In this document: positions 12,959-26,460 of the stretch, one piece after another | Numbering within the stretch: the first letter of the stretch is position 1 | How the letters are laid out: each line of letters begins with the position of its first letter | Origin: Octopus bimaculoides | Taxonomy: Eukaryota | NCBI RefSeq assembly: GCF_001194135.2 | Contig: NC_068986.1 | Location: 82,849,665-82,913,664, forward strand | Reading direction: 5' to 3' | DNA length: 64,000 nucleotides | Program-made: the position numbers and the translations under genes | The notes under the pieces: model-generated | What the model was told of the DNA's origin: nothing | Databases searched by the model: none | The model's input: only the letters and a program-made list of their open reading frames with translations

Positions 12959-13289
12959 TAGATGTTGAAACAGACAATAAGAAATCACATTTTATATAGT
13001 TTCTTTGACTAAATGTATCAATGGAATCTTTCCAGCAGCCATGCAGTGCAGCAAACTAAGAAAATAGATGAATACAAAGAAAAGAAACTGGATGGAAAAA
13101 TTGTGCAATTATCACAATTAACATGTGCAAGGCTATATTTTTGTTTTATCTCATTATATTCTACATATATTGTAAGAGATCATTAATATAGTGTATATAG
13201 CTTTAGAACTTACGCAAAAATTAATATCAACAAATATAGAAAATATCTGAAAAAGCAAGCAAAAATGTTTTTATTCACTAGAAGCTATT

Positions 13290-13342
<53 letters not shown>

Positions 13343-13802
13343 AATATACACACACACATACATGAGAGGGTGGGGAGAGAGAAAGAGATAGTGTTTTTGA
13401 CTGCATTAGATTTCAGTGTTTAATCTCAAAGCCTTCTTTGAAGTTCATACATTTAATGAGTTTTCCTAATAATATCTGACTGCACAACTGTAAATGAATA
13501 CAGTAAAAGCACCAGACTTCTTACACTACACAAACTTGTCATTAAATATCCAATAAATATGAGAAATTCTTCTGGGAAGTTAGGATGTAATTTTTATAAA
13601 TATAATAGATTACATGCATGCCTCTGTTATAATAGACATGTCTATAATATGATATAATAGATATGTCTCTATAGGTAATATTGCTATTGGTAATATTATG
13701 ATCACTATTATTGGTGGTTGACAACATGCATGTGTGTGTGTGTGTGTGTGTGTGTGCGCATGCATGCACGCATGTGTGTGTGTGTGTATATATTTGTATG
13801 TA

Positions 13803-13837
<35 letters not shown>

Positions 13838-13867
13838 TTATGGTATGACTCAATGACTGATTCATCA

Positions 13868-14032
13868 ACATCATCATCATCATCGTCGTCGTTTAACGTG
13901 CGCTTTCCATGCTAGCATGGGTTGGACGATTTGACTAAGGACTGGTGAAACCAGATGGCTACACCAGGCTCCAATCTGATTTGGCAGAGTTTCTACAACT
14001 GGATGCCCTTCCTAACGCCAACCACTCCGAGA
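13868..14032 (-). mobile_element. RTE 3'-UTR copy
   Basis: Near-identical to the reverse complement of 24065-24226. More decayed copies occur at ~2825-2985, 4555-4730, 21320-21467, 24230-24400, 25790-26030, 27960-28285, 32030-32205 and 44460-44550. Confidence 0.85.
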
Positions 14033-14780
14033 GGGAGAGCAGAGTGATGTGATGATGGTTTGTTGAGGTTGTTCCCATCTCTCACACTGTCTTCTTCCAT
14101 ATACTGGCATTAAAGAAAACTGTTTACATCCTACAAGGGTTATCCATAGTTAAAAGATGTGTGTTGGAAATATTGCAATATATCAGTCATATTGTGCCCA
14201 GAAAATTTGCCACGACTGACTACCTAGAAATAATATATTCAAGCCAATGCTAGTGCCCTGCCCTGCTTAACTATATAGACTTAATCAATAAGACTAACTC
14301 TAGTACTCTACTTTGCCCAGCTATATGGACATAGTTAGTATATTCAGGACTAACTCTAATACCCTGCAATATCTGGTTTTATCAAATATTTCAGGAAAAG
14401 TTACATTGTATATGCCCTTCTCCTTGAAAAGTGCATCCCTTTACAACATTTCAGCTATCCGGGTGCAAAACTGGCTTGAACTTGGAACACATATTTTGAG
14501 TCGGGGCTTATTCAGAGTTATTGCTATATCTAGATGTGATCTGAGAATGACATTTTGCTCATATAGCTTCTTTGAGCTTTATTTCTATGGACTAGGGGAC
14601 TTTCCTAACACCAACTATTTCACAGAGTGTATTTGGTTCATTTTGTCATGGGACTAGCATTAATAATATTGTCTTGTATCTTGCAAGACAAAAAGAAGTC
14701 CTCACTGCTCTATATTGTTCATTCAAGACAACTGTGTGAGTAGAAGAAAGCCAATAGCAGAAGATAAACTTGGGTGAGAA

Positions 14781-15121
14781 GGAGTGGCTGTGTGGTAAGT
14801 AGCTTGCTTACCAACCACATGGTTTCAGGTTCAGTCCCACTGCATGGTACCTTGAGCAAGTGTCTTCTACTATAGCCTCGGGCTGACCAAAGCCTTGTCA
14901 GTGGATGATAGAAACTGAAAGAAGCCTGTCATGTGTCTGTGTTTGTCCCCCCACCATTGCTTGACAACTGATGTTGGTGTATTTACGTCCTCATAACTTA
15001 GCAGTTCAGCAAAAGAGACCGATAGAATAAGTACTAGGCTTACAAAGAATAAGTCCTTGTTCAATTTAAAAGCGGTGCTCCAGCATGGCCGCAGTCAAAT
15101 GATTGAAACAAATAAAAGAAT
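14781..15121 (+). mobile_element. tRNA-derived SINE, near full length (GGAGTGGCTGTGTGG family)
   Basis: A-box-like TGGCTGTGTGG and B-box-like GGTTCAGTCCC, shared body and ..GAAACAA(A/G)TAAAAGA 3' end with copies at 19990-20447 and 58631-58970. Confidence 0.85.
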
Positions 15122-15439
15122 TAAAGGGAAATAAAATGCAATGTCGATGAGAAGAGTCAGAGAAGAAAGCCAATGCTAGAGGAGAAATGAAGGGAGACAG
15201 TCGAGTCAAATGTTATGAAAGGCAGTAAATGACAGCTATATGTTAATGCGAAAGAGACACTTACAGCAGTTACATGCTTGTAGGTTAAAGAGAGAGTGAT
15301 GGATCAACATGATCACTCTACTAAGTAAGTAATATATGTCAAACAGAGAGTGATTTGAGGGAAAGGAAGTGATGCTGGTCAATACAGGAGAGTAAATGGA
15401 GAAGTGCATTGGATACCAGCTTATCTGACGCAAACCCTC

Positions 15440-16190
15440 ATTATTCAGGCATTGTGATGGAACTATTCTCTTCTTTATACATTACATGTTTGTCCTAATG
15501 CAGTCTTTTCTCTTGTGCATCTGATTCCTTTTATACCCAAATTTTCTCTCTCATCTCATTCATACTCTGTTCATGCACACTAACATTATACATCCAACAA
15601 ATCATGCTTGGTTCATGCAGTGACTATGAATAGGTACAATAAGGAGTTGAGAGCATATCAAGTAGGCAAGAGGTACAGCAAATGGAGATTTCTTAAGAAC
15701 AAAATAAGTGAAACACTCAGTTTAGCATATGGTAGCATGCTTGCATAGGTAAACAGATCTTCTCCAGCCCTGCTCGTCACCAATCATAACAGTCATTTGT
15801 CATTTCCTTTATGAAGTGCAACGTTTTCAGATCAGTCTTTACCATTTCATTCCAAGTCTTTCTCACCCTTCCTCTTCCTTATACAGCTGTTACCCTCCAT
15901 ATACATCTTCTGTCCATAGTATCAGTTTTCTCTCTTGGACACACTGATACCCTTTGCATTCAGTTTTCTCTCAGCTCTTTTATATTCTGTTGTTCATGCA
16001 CACTAACATTACACATTCAGCAAAGCATGCTTGCTTCAGTTCTTTCATATCTTTGCAAGTCCTCTGTATTCAAAACCCACATCTCACTATCCTGCAGTAT
16101 TGCAATTCATACACAAGCACCATACAATCTATCTTCACTCAGAGGAAGAAGCCTGGCAAGTTGGCTGTATCATTGGCATATCAGAAACAA
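15440..16190 (-). mobile_element. RTE LINE ORF2 C-terminal fragments (two decayed pieces)
   Basis: RLYGACV*IAILQDSEMWVLNTEDLQRYERTEASML and WMYNVSVHEQSMNEMRE, homologous to the intact copy at 23500-23740. Confidence 0.65.
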
Positions 16191-16379
16191 TACTTCACAG
16201 CATTTCATCTGTCTTTACATTCTGAGTTCAAATTCCACCAAGGTTGACATGGCCTTCAGTCCTTTTGGAGTCGATAAAACAAGTACCAGTTGAACATTGG
16301 GGTCAATGTTATCAGCATTCCCTTACCCTGAAATTGCTGGCCTTGTACCAAAATTTGAAACCAATTAGTTCACCAAAAT

Positions 16380-17120
16380 AGCAGAAATCATCAACCATTT
16401 CCAGGGCATTTGTGAGAATCTACTTCTCAAGTGCTCTTAGTGCTTATTGTCCATGTGCATCTACTGCATATTAAGTCTGCCTTTTCTGTCAGTCCATCTG
16501 TGATCCTACTACACCTCTTATAGTTACACTAGAATCACATGGAATTGTTGCCTGTTCTTTTCTGCATATTAAGCTTAGCCATTTTCCTGATGGTGGTAGG
16601 GTTCTGTCCTCTTTTCTACATGACAAAACTTTGGTCTTTGCTAAGCTTTCTTTAAAGCCATTCAATTCCAGGTTTTGTTTCCATGTCTTGAATATCTTCT
16701 GTAAATCTACTAGATATTCAGCTATAAAAACTAAGCTATCAGCATAAAAGAATTCCCCAGGACAGACAGTCTTAAACTCCTATTATAGCTTGGTTAACTG
16801 ACTCTAATAAACATGAGGCACTTGAGGACTGAGCCCTAATGGACTCCTACCTGCATACTAAATTTATCGCTGTTCTTATTACTGAATCTCACTCAGGTGA
16901 TTGCACCTCTAAACATGGAACATACTTCCCTTACAAGCTAATTTATCTACTAGTTTTCTTAGCAGCTAGCTCACTGCAGAGTATGGTACTCAGTCAAAGG
17001 CCTTCTCCGGGCTGACAAATGCTAGTTATGCAGACTCAGTCCTGAGTACTTCTCTTGGAATTGTTTCTGCAGGAATATGGTGTCAGTGCAACCTCTTCCA
17101 AACAGAAAGTTGAACTTATC
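16380..17120 (-). mobile_element. RTE LINE reverse transcriptase core remnant
   Basis: GRGCTDTIFLQKQFQEKY, EKAFD, WEFFYADSLVFIAE (YADD), KTWKQNLELNG, PSGKW..IC. Confidence 0.8.
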
Positions 17121-17196
17121 TCATTGAGGCTAATCTTATACTTAACAATTACTTTCACTTTTATATATTAAGATAACCATTATAGTTATGTCTTAA

Positions 17197-17437
17197 CCCT
17201 TTCAGTATCAACCCACTTGATACAACTACCTTTGATTCTATTGTACAAATCATTTTCTTTTAAAATATTTATACTAAAACATTCTCACCAAAATTTTAAA
17301 CAAGAACCTTTTGATATTTTCCAAACAACATTTTATTTATGAAAAAGTTTTTTTTTGCTAAAGAACTCCAAATTCTTGAGTCCAGGTTTCAATTAATTTT
17401 GAAAATATAGTTAATTAAAAATATAGTTATGGATGGG
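17197..17437. mobile_element. Possible second piggyBac-type MITE family
   Basis: TTAA-CCC ... GGG-TTAA boundaries, but weak internal TIR match. Confidence 0.35.
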
Positions 17438-17809
17438 TTAATATTGATGTATTCTGCTGTGATCATTATGATCAGCATGATTAATGTCATGAATATTTCA
17501 CATCATCCTACATAAATCATAGGTTGACAATTATTTTTTATTATCTTGGACATCAAAAGACAGAATGATTACCATTTGTTGTTTGGTTGGTTTGCTAAAT
17601 GTTTTCAAGCTTCAATCATTATGATTAAAACTTAATGATTACGGTGATGTGTTTGTTGTTGTTTAACCCTAGGTTAGCCCTGGTCTAGCAAATCTCTAAT
17701 CAAAATTACTCTTACTTTTAGCATCTCTTCATTTTTCATGTATGTAAGGCAACAAAATCAACCCTGATCAAGAGCTATGATAAAAAGCATTCCAACCATG
17801 AACATGTTG

Positions 17810-17846
<37 letters not shown>

Positions 17847-19149
17847 CATTAATTCTATATAACTACATTATCATCCCCAAGTACCTTTCCCTATTTTAAT
17901 AATGCTGAGGTATGGTATGAGGGATGTTTGGTTGTTATTTCTAGCATGTTAGTGACTGGCTAAAAGAAGTGTTCTTTACATTTAGCTTATACTGTGAATG
18001 GAATGTTACCACAACAGCCATCCTATAACATAGTCTCTATTATGGCCAAATTTTGTTCCTCTACTATACTGCCACCTTATTCAGGAGCAAGCAGTCTGTA
18101 GGATTAGTCAAATGTTTCAGCTGTGAATCTAAAATGATTCAGTTTCACTGCTGAGAAGTATTTATAAGTATCCGAAAGGATACTTATATCCGGTTCCACT
18201 GTGACCAGATAGTTGCCAGATATCTGAATTTTCCGGATCATCACTTTTTAAATTACCAAAGCATCTTCAAAACTCATTAAAACTATGTATATATGTCAGT
18301 GTTATCATTAATGTTCTGAATAAATAAGAAGAAATTAAAGTATAATTTAAGTAAAGAACAAGTTTTATTTACCTAATGAAATACAGGTATTATAAATATT
18401 GTAAAATAAACTACTTTATTGTACTTAGAGAAGCAACAATCCATTTTAGATACAGTAGTAACTTTCTTTTAATGACAATTATTTAGCACAAATTCTTGAC
18501 TCTAATTAACATCTTTTTTTTATTTTTGGAGGCGGGGTGGTCAGTTGCTTGAGAATTCCAGTTATTTGAGTACTGGATAGGAGGGAGTTTACTGTATGCA
18601 GTATATGTGCATCAATATTTCTCTGTTTTAAAACATCATTATTTCTCAGAGAATTTTAACCAAAATTTGCAAGGAAATCCAGATGCAACCCAGAATAATA
18701 CACTAACTCAAAAAATCTCCAGTTTGAGGTTTCCTTGGGGTAAAAGAGGGATAAGTCAAGAAAAATAAATGTAGAAAGACTAAAAGATGTAATGGAGTAG
18801 TAGTTGCAAAGGATTGTTAGTGTGAGGTAAAGAAAAGTCAATCAGACAGGACATAATTTAGAGTTCACATTAACAATACATTTCAAAGAAAATTCTTTGT
18901 TTTTAGTCTTTAGTGTGTCTGGAACTGCTTTTTAGCATCATACTTTTCACTGACTATCACTACTGAATTACCAAATTTTAACTTCTGTCTAAGTCCTAGC
19001 TTTGTCCTCATTGAGCTTTCTGTTAAAGGCAAACATAGCCATTCGACTGCTATCATCGACATGGCACTTGCAACCTTTAGAGGCTGACCATGAATGTTCA
19101 CAACCATATGACCATACCCACTCACCTCCAAGCTCTCCTGATTAGAACC

Positions 19150-19830
19150 CTCTGAACTATTCTGTCTGGGGCATCATTGAGAGGAGACCAAACAGCAACT
19201 ACCCAATACCAAGGACTCATTAAAGACTACCATCATAGATGTGGTAGACAACATGAACAAGATCTTAGTATGCAGCTTCTTCTGTAGCTACATCAAATAC
19301 TTTGCCCTTCACTCAAAGAGTGAAGCCCTTTATTGCCTGTAGAATTCACCACTATTCTTACACTGGATGCTATGCTTTCAGTACATTCAACTCCTCTACT
19401 AATTAGGCCACTTAGGCGGCAGAGACTATCAACTACGTTTAAGGAGCCTCCTGAACATTAAAGGCAGTTTCTCATGCTCTCTTACAACTGTTTGTTTTCT
19501 CTTAAACTGCCATATCTTTCTTTCCTGTTTTGAACATCTGGGTTCATCTAGCTCTCACTCTGAATTCTCTAATCACTAATTTATATTTGGTAATGCATTC
19601 TTCACCAGGGAAAGGCTTAGCATTTACAATTATCCCTATATCAGTCAGAATAAAGTCTATCTGTTTTGTGTGTTCAACTGATTGTGGTAGCTGATCAGAT
19701 GGTCAGTTTCTTTAAGTTAGTGCTGAAAAGGTCATTATCATCACAGAACTCCAGGAGTATCAATTCTTCCTTATCTCTGCAACCAAAGCCACATCTTTCA
19801 TGTACACCATGGAATCTATCCTAGTATTGC
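19150..19830 (-). mobile_element. RTE LINE remnant (APE endonuclease piece joined to a post-RT piece)
   Basis: HGVHERCGFGCRDKEELILLEFCDDNDL and VDSLCRLSGLISRGVECTESI; heavily decayed with internal deletion. Confidence 0.6.
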
Positions 19831-19989
19831 CCAACATGTTCATTAGTCAATAGCTACAATAGTGAGGTCACTGCCATTCATTCTCTTGGTCTGCATGCAC
19901 AAATACACAAAGATGTGTGTGTGTGTGTGTAATTACTTTTGACTGAAACATCAAATTTCAGTAAACAATTTATTTAACCAGTATTTACT

Positions 19990-20192
19990 CTTTTACTTGT
20001 TTCAGTCATTTGACTGTAGCCATGCTGGAGCACCACCTTTAGTCGAGCAAATCGACCCCAGGACTTATTCTTTGTAAGCCTAGTACTTATTCTATCGGTC
20101 TCTTTTGCTGAACTGCTAAGTTACAGGGACATAAACATACCAGCATCAGTTGTCAAGCGATGTTGGGGGAACAAACACAGACACACAAACAT

Positions 20193-20223
<31 letters not shown>

Positions 20224-20447
20224 CATATATATGACAGGCTTCTTTCAGTTTCCGTCTACCAAATCCACTCACAAGGCTTTGGTCGGCCCGAGGCTGTAGT
20301 AGAAGACACTTGCCAAAGGTGTCACGCAGTGGGACTGAACCCAGAACCATGTGGTTGGTAAGCAAGCTACTTACCACACAGCCACTCCTGCGCCTACTTA
20401 CCACACAGCCACTCCTGCACCTACTTACCACACAGCCACTCCTACGC
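19990..20447 (-). mobile_element. tRNA-derived SINE, full length, with triplicated 5' end
   Basis: Reverse complement of the 14781-15121 family; the 27-bp head is repeated three times at 20367-20447. Confidence 0.9.
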
Positions 20448-20859
20448 CTTGTGAACAATAGAAACTTTCATTTTAAAGAGAGGTTGTTAAGATAAACTAC
20501 AATTGTGGAGAGAATTCTGTTAGAAAAAGAATATTTTATTATTTTCAAGTAAAATTCTGAGAAATAAGGTTTAACATTAGTAGGGGTGGGTGACTGGTTA
20601 AATAAACTGAAGGTGAAGGAAGGTCATGGGTAGGGTAATTGTTAGGGTGTTAGTTTACTGAATTTATTGTAGTCAAGATGGTGAAGACAAGATTTGGTAT
20701 TTATGCTTGTGTGCATAAATGTTTTAGTTCTTGTGTGTGTGTGTGTGTTTATAATTGTGTTGTATGTATACATGATGTATTTATATTGTGTAAATTTTTA
20801 TGAAAATATGGAAGAAGTTAATGTGGTGAATTACATATTCAAAACATGTAAGTTAAAGT

Positions 20860-21250
20860 CCTCTTCCTGAAGGCCATCCAATATTGCCTGCAATTCTGTT
20901 TAAATTCCATCTACCATCTCAAAGCAGTTCCCCCTTCAAATTCACCACAGTGAAGTGACCGGGGAATAGATGAGACAAGTACAGAGGGTGTAGAACAACT
21001 GACATTTTGTTTCGAGTTAGACACTGCATGAACTTCATTACTAATTCTTGTCATGTAGGAGAGTCGATGGAGTATTCACAGATGTTCCTCATAGATGAGC
21101 TCATGCACTTCATTCCCACATTTCCTGGTCTTTTACTGTTGATTGGACTCACTGAATCCTCATCATCCTCATCTAAATTTTCTACTTTTCTTCAAATGTG
21201 CATTGCCATTCAGAATCGTGTATGAGACCTAAAGGATGTTTGCCAAAGGC
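20860..21250 (-). mobile_element. Internally deleted mariner transposase remnant
   Basis: EDDEDSVSPINSKRPGNV (resembles EDDERSGRP) and HPLYLSHLF (resembles HPPYSPDL); weak and decayed. Confidence 0.4.
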
Positions 21251-21553
21251 CTAACAAAACAGTGTCAGCAGATGTACACACACATCATCATCATCCTCAT
21301 TATCATTATCATCATCATCATCATCATCATCATCATGTCCATTATCTATGCTGGTATAAGTTGGATGGTTTAACCAGGGCTAGTAAGCTGAAGGTCTGTC
21401 CCAGACTCCAGTCTGATTTGGCATGGTTTCCATGGCTGGATGCCCTTCCTAACACCAACCATTCTACATGCACATATATACACACATACATATATGTATG
21501 TATATATATACACACACACATAATGTATGTATGTATGTGTATATATTTACTTA

Positions 21554-21759
21554 CGATGGGGTGCTGAAAAGTTTCTGAATTTGAGTAAAAGAAAATACTG
21601 GAGGATCAGTTAATTATGATTTTGTTCAACATATTCCACTCTTCACATTACAGTGATCCTTCAGTTTTTCTAAGCCCTGTGAAAGAACTCAGAAGGTTGG
21701 GCCTCCAACCAGGCCTTTCACAATACTCTTAAAGCCAGGAACTTTTCAGCACCTCTTCG
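21554..21759. mobile_element. mariner-type MITE
   Basis: TIRs CGATGGGGTGCTGAAAAGTT / AACTTTTCAGCACCTCTTCG with TA on both sides (21552-53, 21760-61). Confidence 0.85.
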
Positions 21760-21783
21760 TATGTATGTATGTATGTATGTATG

Positions 21784-21834
<51 letters not shown>

Positions 21835-22029
21835 TGAAAAGTTGATAGTGACTTCAAATTTTGCCATATATCAGCTTCATGAGGCTAACATTTTTAGTAT
21901 TTTCTTCTGCCTTCTTTCTGATAAAAAAATAAATCCATATTTACATCTATATATTATTTTACATTTGCTTTTCATGTTGGTGTGGTTTTTTCCATTACTG
22001 TTCTCTTAGATAGCTTAGAGAACAACATC

Positions 22030-23060
22030 TCACAAATCTCATTTTTGGCATGGCTTCTACAAACAAATACCATTCCTAATATCAACTATTGTACAGTGCA
22101 TGTTGTAACGACCACTGGGTCAACAAATGATGAACTGAGTGGAGTGCTTATTACTGGCTTGATTAACTTCTGTTGCTTTCCTGTCTCACTAGGAAAATGG
22201 CATCAATAGTACTCCTTTCTGGCACAAGTCAAAACTACATCTCATTTATTTTAATTCTCTTGCTAATCAATTGTGTCATAACACTTTCTGTAACTTTCAT
22301 AACCTAAACTAACAGTTTAATATCTCTGTGGTTTCCTCTATCTGGAGCAGTGATTCTCAACCGGGGTCCATATAAGAATGGCAGGAGGGGGATGGAGAGG
22401 TCTACACAACAAAATAGTAAATTGGGGATCCACAATAATATTTAAAGGATCCCTGAAAAAAAATTTGCTTTAGGTATGTGTATTGCAAGAAACAGCTAGG
22501 TTTGCTTCCTTTAACATTTTACATAGTTCAACCTACACAAGTTAATATGTGAAAAGCAAAATAGGAATTTTGAAAGAAGTTTCTATAAAACTAGTTTTTA
22601 AACATCGAATGGCTATGGGGGTCCACCAGAATAAAATAGTAATCAAAGGGGTCTATAGACTAAAAATGGTTGAGAACCCCTGCTCTAGAGCATCTTTACT
22701 CTTATAACAGTTGACAATGATACTTCTATGTCAGTCTGTGTATGATGATTTCCTTTACTCTCTGATTCACTACATGGCTAACTAGCCAGTATCCCACTCC
22801 ACCAAATATTTTAATCATCACAGTGGTGAACTTTCCTGAGCTAGGTGCCTTCTCTACCATACCCTTAATTATGTTATCGCTCAAACATCTGTCAGTTTGT
22901 ATTTCTGCTTCCTCAGTTGGGTCTGAATGAAGTGTATCTTCTGTCTCCTATGCTTTCTCCTCATGCAGCAACTTCTCATAAAAGCACTTCCATGCGTCCT
23001 TTTCATTTTTTATTAGCAAGAATGCCTTTTTGATTCCATACATACTTCTTCACAACAGTG
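22030..23060 (-). mobile_element. RTE LINE linker/RT N-terminal remnant split by a hAT MITE
   Basis: DAWKCFYEKLL..DPTEEAEI..KAPSSG..MIKIFGGVGY, then DRGNHRDIKLL..VMKVTE..PERSTIDAIFLVRQ; interrupted at 22348-22682. Confidence 0.75.
22348..22682. mobile_element. hAT (Charlie-like) MITE
   Basis: TIRs CAGTGATTCTCAACC / GGTTGAGAACCCCTG; flanks ATCTGGAG and CTCTAGAG (6/8, decayed 8-bp TSD). Confidence 0.8.
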
Positions 23061-23436
23061 TCTTGCTATATGGATTTATGTATGTGTGTGTCTTTGTGTT
23101 TAGGTATATCTATATATATGTGTGCATGTATATATATTTATCACTGGTCACCATTCCACCTTAGTTTTCCATTCTGTCCCTCCCCTACTCCATCTCACTC
23201 AACCCATATACTCATGCACCCTCTATTCATCTACATTTCCTTTTCTTCTGCCCCTACTCACTCATGTGTTCACCATTTTGTATCTTGAGCACCCACTCTA
23301 ACACCTCATCACCATCTTAATTTCTCTTTCCAGTTTCACCCACTCATAATGTGAGGCATCTATTTATCAATTCTAGAGCAAGGAACATGTTCCTAGCACT
23401 TATTTTATACTTTAACCTCTTAACACCTAGCATAAA

Positions 23437-23499
<63 letters not shown>

Positions 23500-24226
23500 C
23501 AGCCATGTGTACGAACAGCCATGCTACATGGCAGTGAAACATGGGCTGTGACTGCTGAGGACATGCGTAAGCTTGCAAGGAATGAAGCCAGTATGCTCCG
23601 CTGGATGTGTAATGTCAATGTGCATACCCGTCAGAGTGTAAGTATCTTGAGAGAAAAGCTGAACATAAGAAGCATCAGTTGTGGTGTGCAAGAGAGACGA
23701 TTGCGCTGGTTTGGACATGTGGTGAGAATGAATGAGGATNNNNNNNNNNNNNNNNNNNNNNNNNNNNNNNNNNNNNNNNNNNNNNNNNNNNNNNNNNNNN
23801 NNNNNNNNNNNNNNNNNNNNNNNNNNNNNNNNNNNNNNNNNNNNNNNNNNNNNNNNNNNNNNNNNNNNNNNNNNNTCGAACATTGGGCCTCACCGAGGTG
23901 ATGACTACTGACCGAGACCTTTGGAAATGTGCTGTGCGTGAGAAGACCCGGCAAGCCAAGTGAGATCGTTGCCAGTGCCCCTGGACTGGCTCTTGTGCGG
24001 GTGGCACATAAAAGACACCATTTCAAGCGTGGCCGTTTTCGTGCGGGTGACACGGAAAAGCACCCACTACACTCTCTGAGTGGTTGGCGTTAGGAAGGGC
24101 ATCCAGCTGTAGAAACTCTGCCAAATTAGATTGGAGCCTGGTGTTGCCATCCGGTTTCACCAGTCCTCAATCAAATCGTCCAACCCATGCTAGCATGGAA
24201 AGCGGACGTTAAACGATGATGATGAT
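23500..24226 (+). mobile_element. Young 5'-truncated RTE LINE (ORF2 C-terminus, 3' UTR, (GAT)n tail), spanning an assembly gap
   Basis: Open frame CVRTAMLHGSETWAVTAEDMRKLARNEASMLRWMCNV..RRLRWFGHVVRM; CpG retained; ends CATGCTAGCATGGAAAGCGGACGTTAAAC(GAT)n. Confidence 0.9.
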
Positions 24227-26099
24227 ATACATATCTCAACTATTGTCTCACTTAAAAGGAATCTTAAACTTGTATGGTACATAGCAACCTCATTTAATGC
24301 TGGTATCACATAAAAAGCACTCAGTACACTCTGTAAATTGGTTGGCATTATGAAGGGCACCCAGCCAAAGAAATCATGCCAAAGCAAGCATCAGAACACA
24401 ATGCATTCCTCTGACACATCAAAACTTGTCAAACTTACACAAACAAGCACATGCACACTTACATACATACATACATGCAAATGATAAGCTTCTTTCAGTT
24501 TCTCTCTGCCAAATCCCATCATAAGGCTTTAGTCAACCTGATGCTATAGTAAAACCCTTGTTCATTGTGCCATGAAGTGGAGCTGAATCAAAAACTATGA
24601 TGTACATAAAAACATAACAGGTGTCAATATTGACTATCAACAATATAAACAGGCAAAATATCTATTGCTGGCTTAATTTCAAATAAAAATGAATAATTTT
24701 CCTAATTACCTCAAGTTTCCAGATATCTATCACTTTTTCAATTAAAAATTTGTCTTTGGTGAGGTCAAGTATAATAGCTCATTTGCCTGTATCATTATAA
24801 ATAAGGTGAGCAGGTTTTTGTCGTATGGTTATATTTATAATAGGCTCTACATATGTTACAAGCAATGTATTTTTATTGATAGCATTATTAGGTATATACT
24901 TTTACACAGACCTACCTTTGTACTCTTCCTCCACACATCCCTTCCACACCCAAGTGATACATTATGGTCTTACAAATTAGTATCTTAATTATTGCACTTA
25001 CTGAATGTTATAGTTGAGTTGCTTCTTAGTACTCTGTGAAGCATAAAACCAGTTAGTTTACTACTACATACCAACTAATTCACTATTGAAAGATTTTACA
25101 GAAAATCCATCATAGTTACAGGTAATTTCAATTTTCATTTTTATCTAAAATATTCTCCATCTTTGAAATAGTATTTTTCAATTACATTTGTTATAAATTT
25201 ATTCATTTATTTATATTGCTGTAACCCTCAACATAATAAATGTTGTGGGTTACAAGTTTATAACAGGGTAGTCATTGATTGGTTGTGTTTTCTGGCAGTG
25301 AAAGTGTTCTTGTAGTGGATATAACTTCATACAGAACAAGTATTACAAAGAATTCAATTGTGCACTGGTTTTTTTTTTTTTGTTTTTGGTTTCTTCAGTG
25401 ATATTTACATACTTTGCCAATATACACCAGCAAAAAATACACCCACCCATGTAAATATATATGCATGTGTCAGTGTGTGTAAAGCATAAAGTCAGAAGGC
25501 ATGACAGGTGAAAATAGATTTGTTTTTTCATATTATTTCCATTTGATTACTGCTGTTAATTTTTTAGTATGCAAAAAATGCATGTTTGCATCAATATGCA
25601 TGCTCAGCATTATTGAATACAATTGTAAATTCAATTAATTAATGCAAATGAAGAGAACTAACTCATGAGTTCACCAGAACATCATGGTTACATCTTCAGT
25701 TCAGCTCTTTGAATTATTTACTCCTCACTAGAAAATTTATTGCTCAGATTTTCTTGATTTTCAGTTACACGGACACATTACATTTTTCATCATTATCATC
25801 ATGTAATGTTTGTTTTCCATACTGGCATGGGTTGGACGGTTTGACTGGCCCTAGCCAGCTGAAGAGCTACCTGAGCCCCATGTCTGTTTTGACATGCTTT
25901 CTATGGTTGAATCCCCTTCCTAATGCCAACCACTTTACAGAGTGTAATGGGTGCTTTTACGCAGCACCAGCATGGGTGCTTTTATGTGACACCAGCACAG
26001 GTACTTTTTACATGGCACCAGCACACACAAGCTGACAAGATTAGGAACACTCAGCTGAAGTGGGATACAAGAGACATATATATATGTGTGTATATATAT

Positions 26100-26460
26100 A
26101 TCATCATCATAATTGTTGTCTAAAGCCCATTTTCCATGTTGACATGGATTGGACAGTTTGACTGAGGACTAGCAAGCCAGAAGCTGCACCAGACTCCAAT
26201 CTGATTTGGCAAGTTTTCTACAGCTGGATGCCCTTCCTAATGCTAACCACTTAGAGTGTAGTGGGCGCTTTTTACGTGCCACCGGCATGGGTGCCAGTCA
26301 GGTGGCACTGGCATCAGCTACGCTCAAATGATGTGTTTTATGTGCCACCAGTGCAAGTGCCAGTCAGGCAGCACTGGCATCGGTCATGCTCAAATGGTGC
26401 TCTTCATGTGCCACTGGCATGGGTGCCAGTCTGGCAGCACTGGCAATATATATTACATGA
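26100..26460 (-). mobile_element. RTE 3'-UTR copy with ~3 internal repeat units
   Basis: Same 3' end as 13868-14032, followed by GTGCCAGTCAGG..GCACTGGCA units. Confidence 0.75.

Noticed and set aside
14050-14650. Possible LINE endonuclease remnant / 114-aa ORF at 14313-14657
   Set aside because: Only vague motif resemblance; could not be supported by eye.
15880-23060. Idea that the minus-strand RTE pieces form one element fragmented by later insertions
   Set aside because: The pieces at ~22190 and ~17090 both contain the TxDAIFL motif, so they are overlapping parts of different copies.
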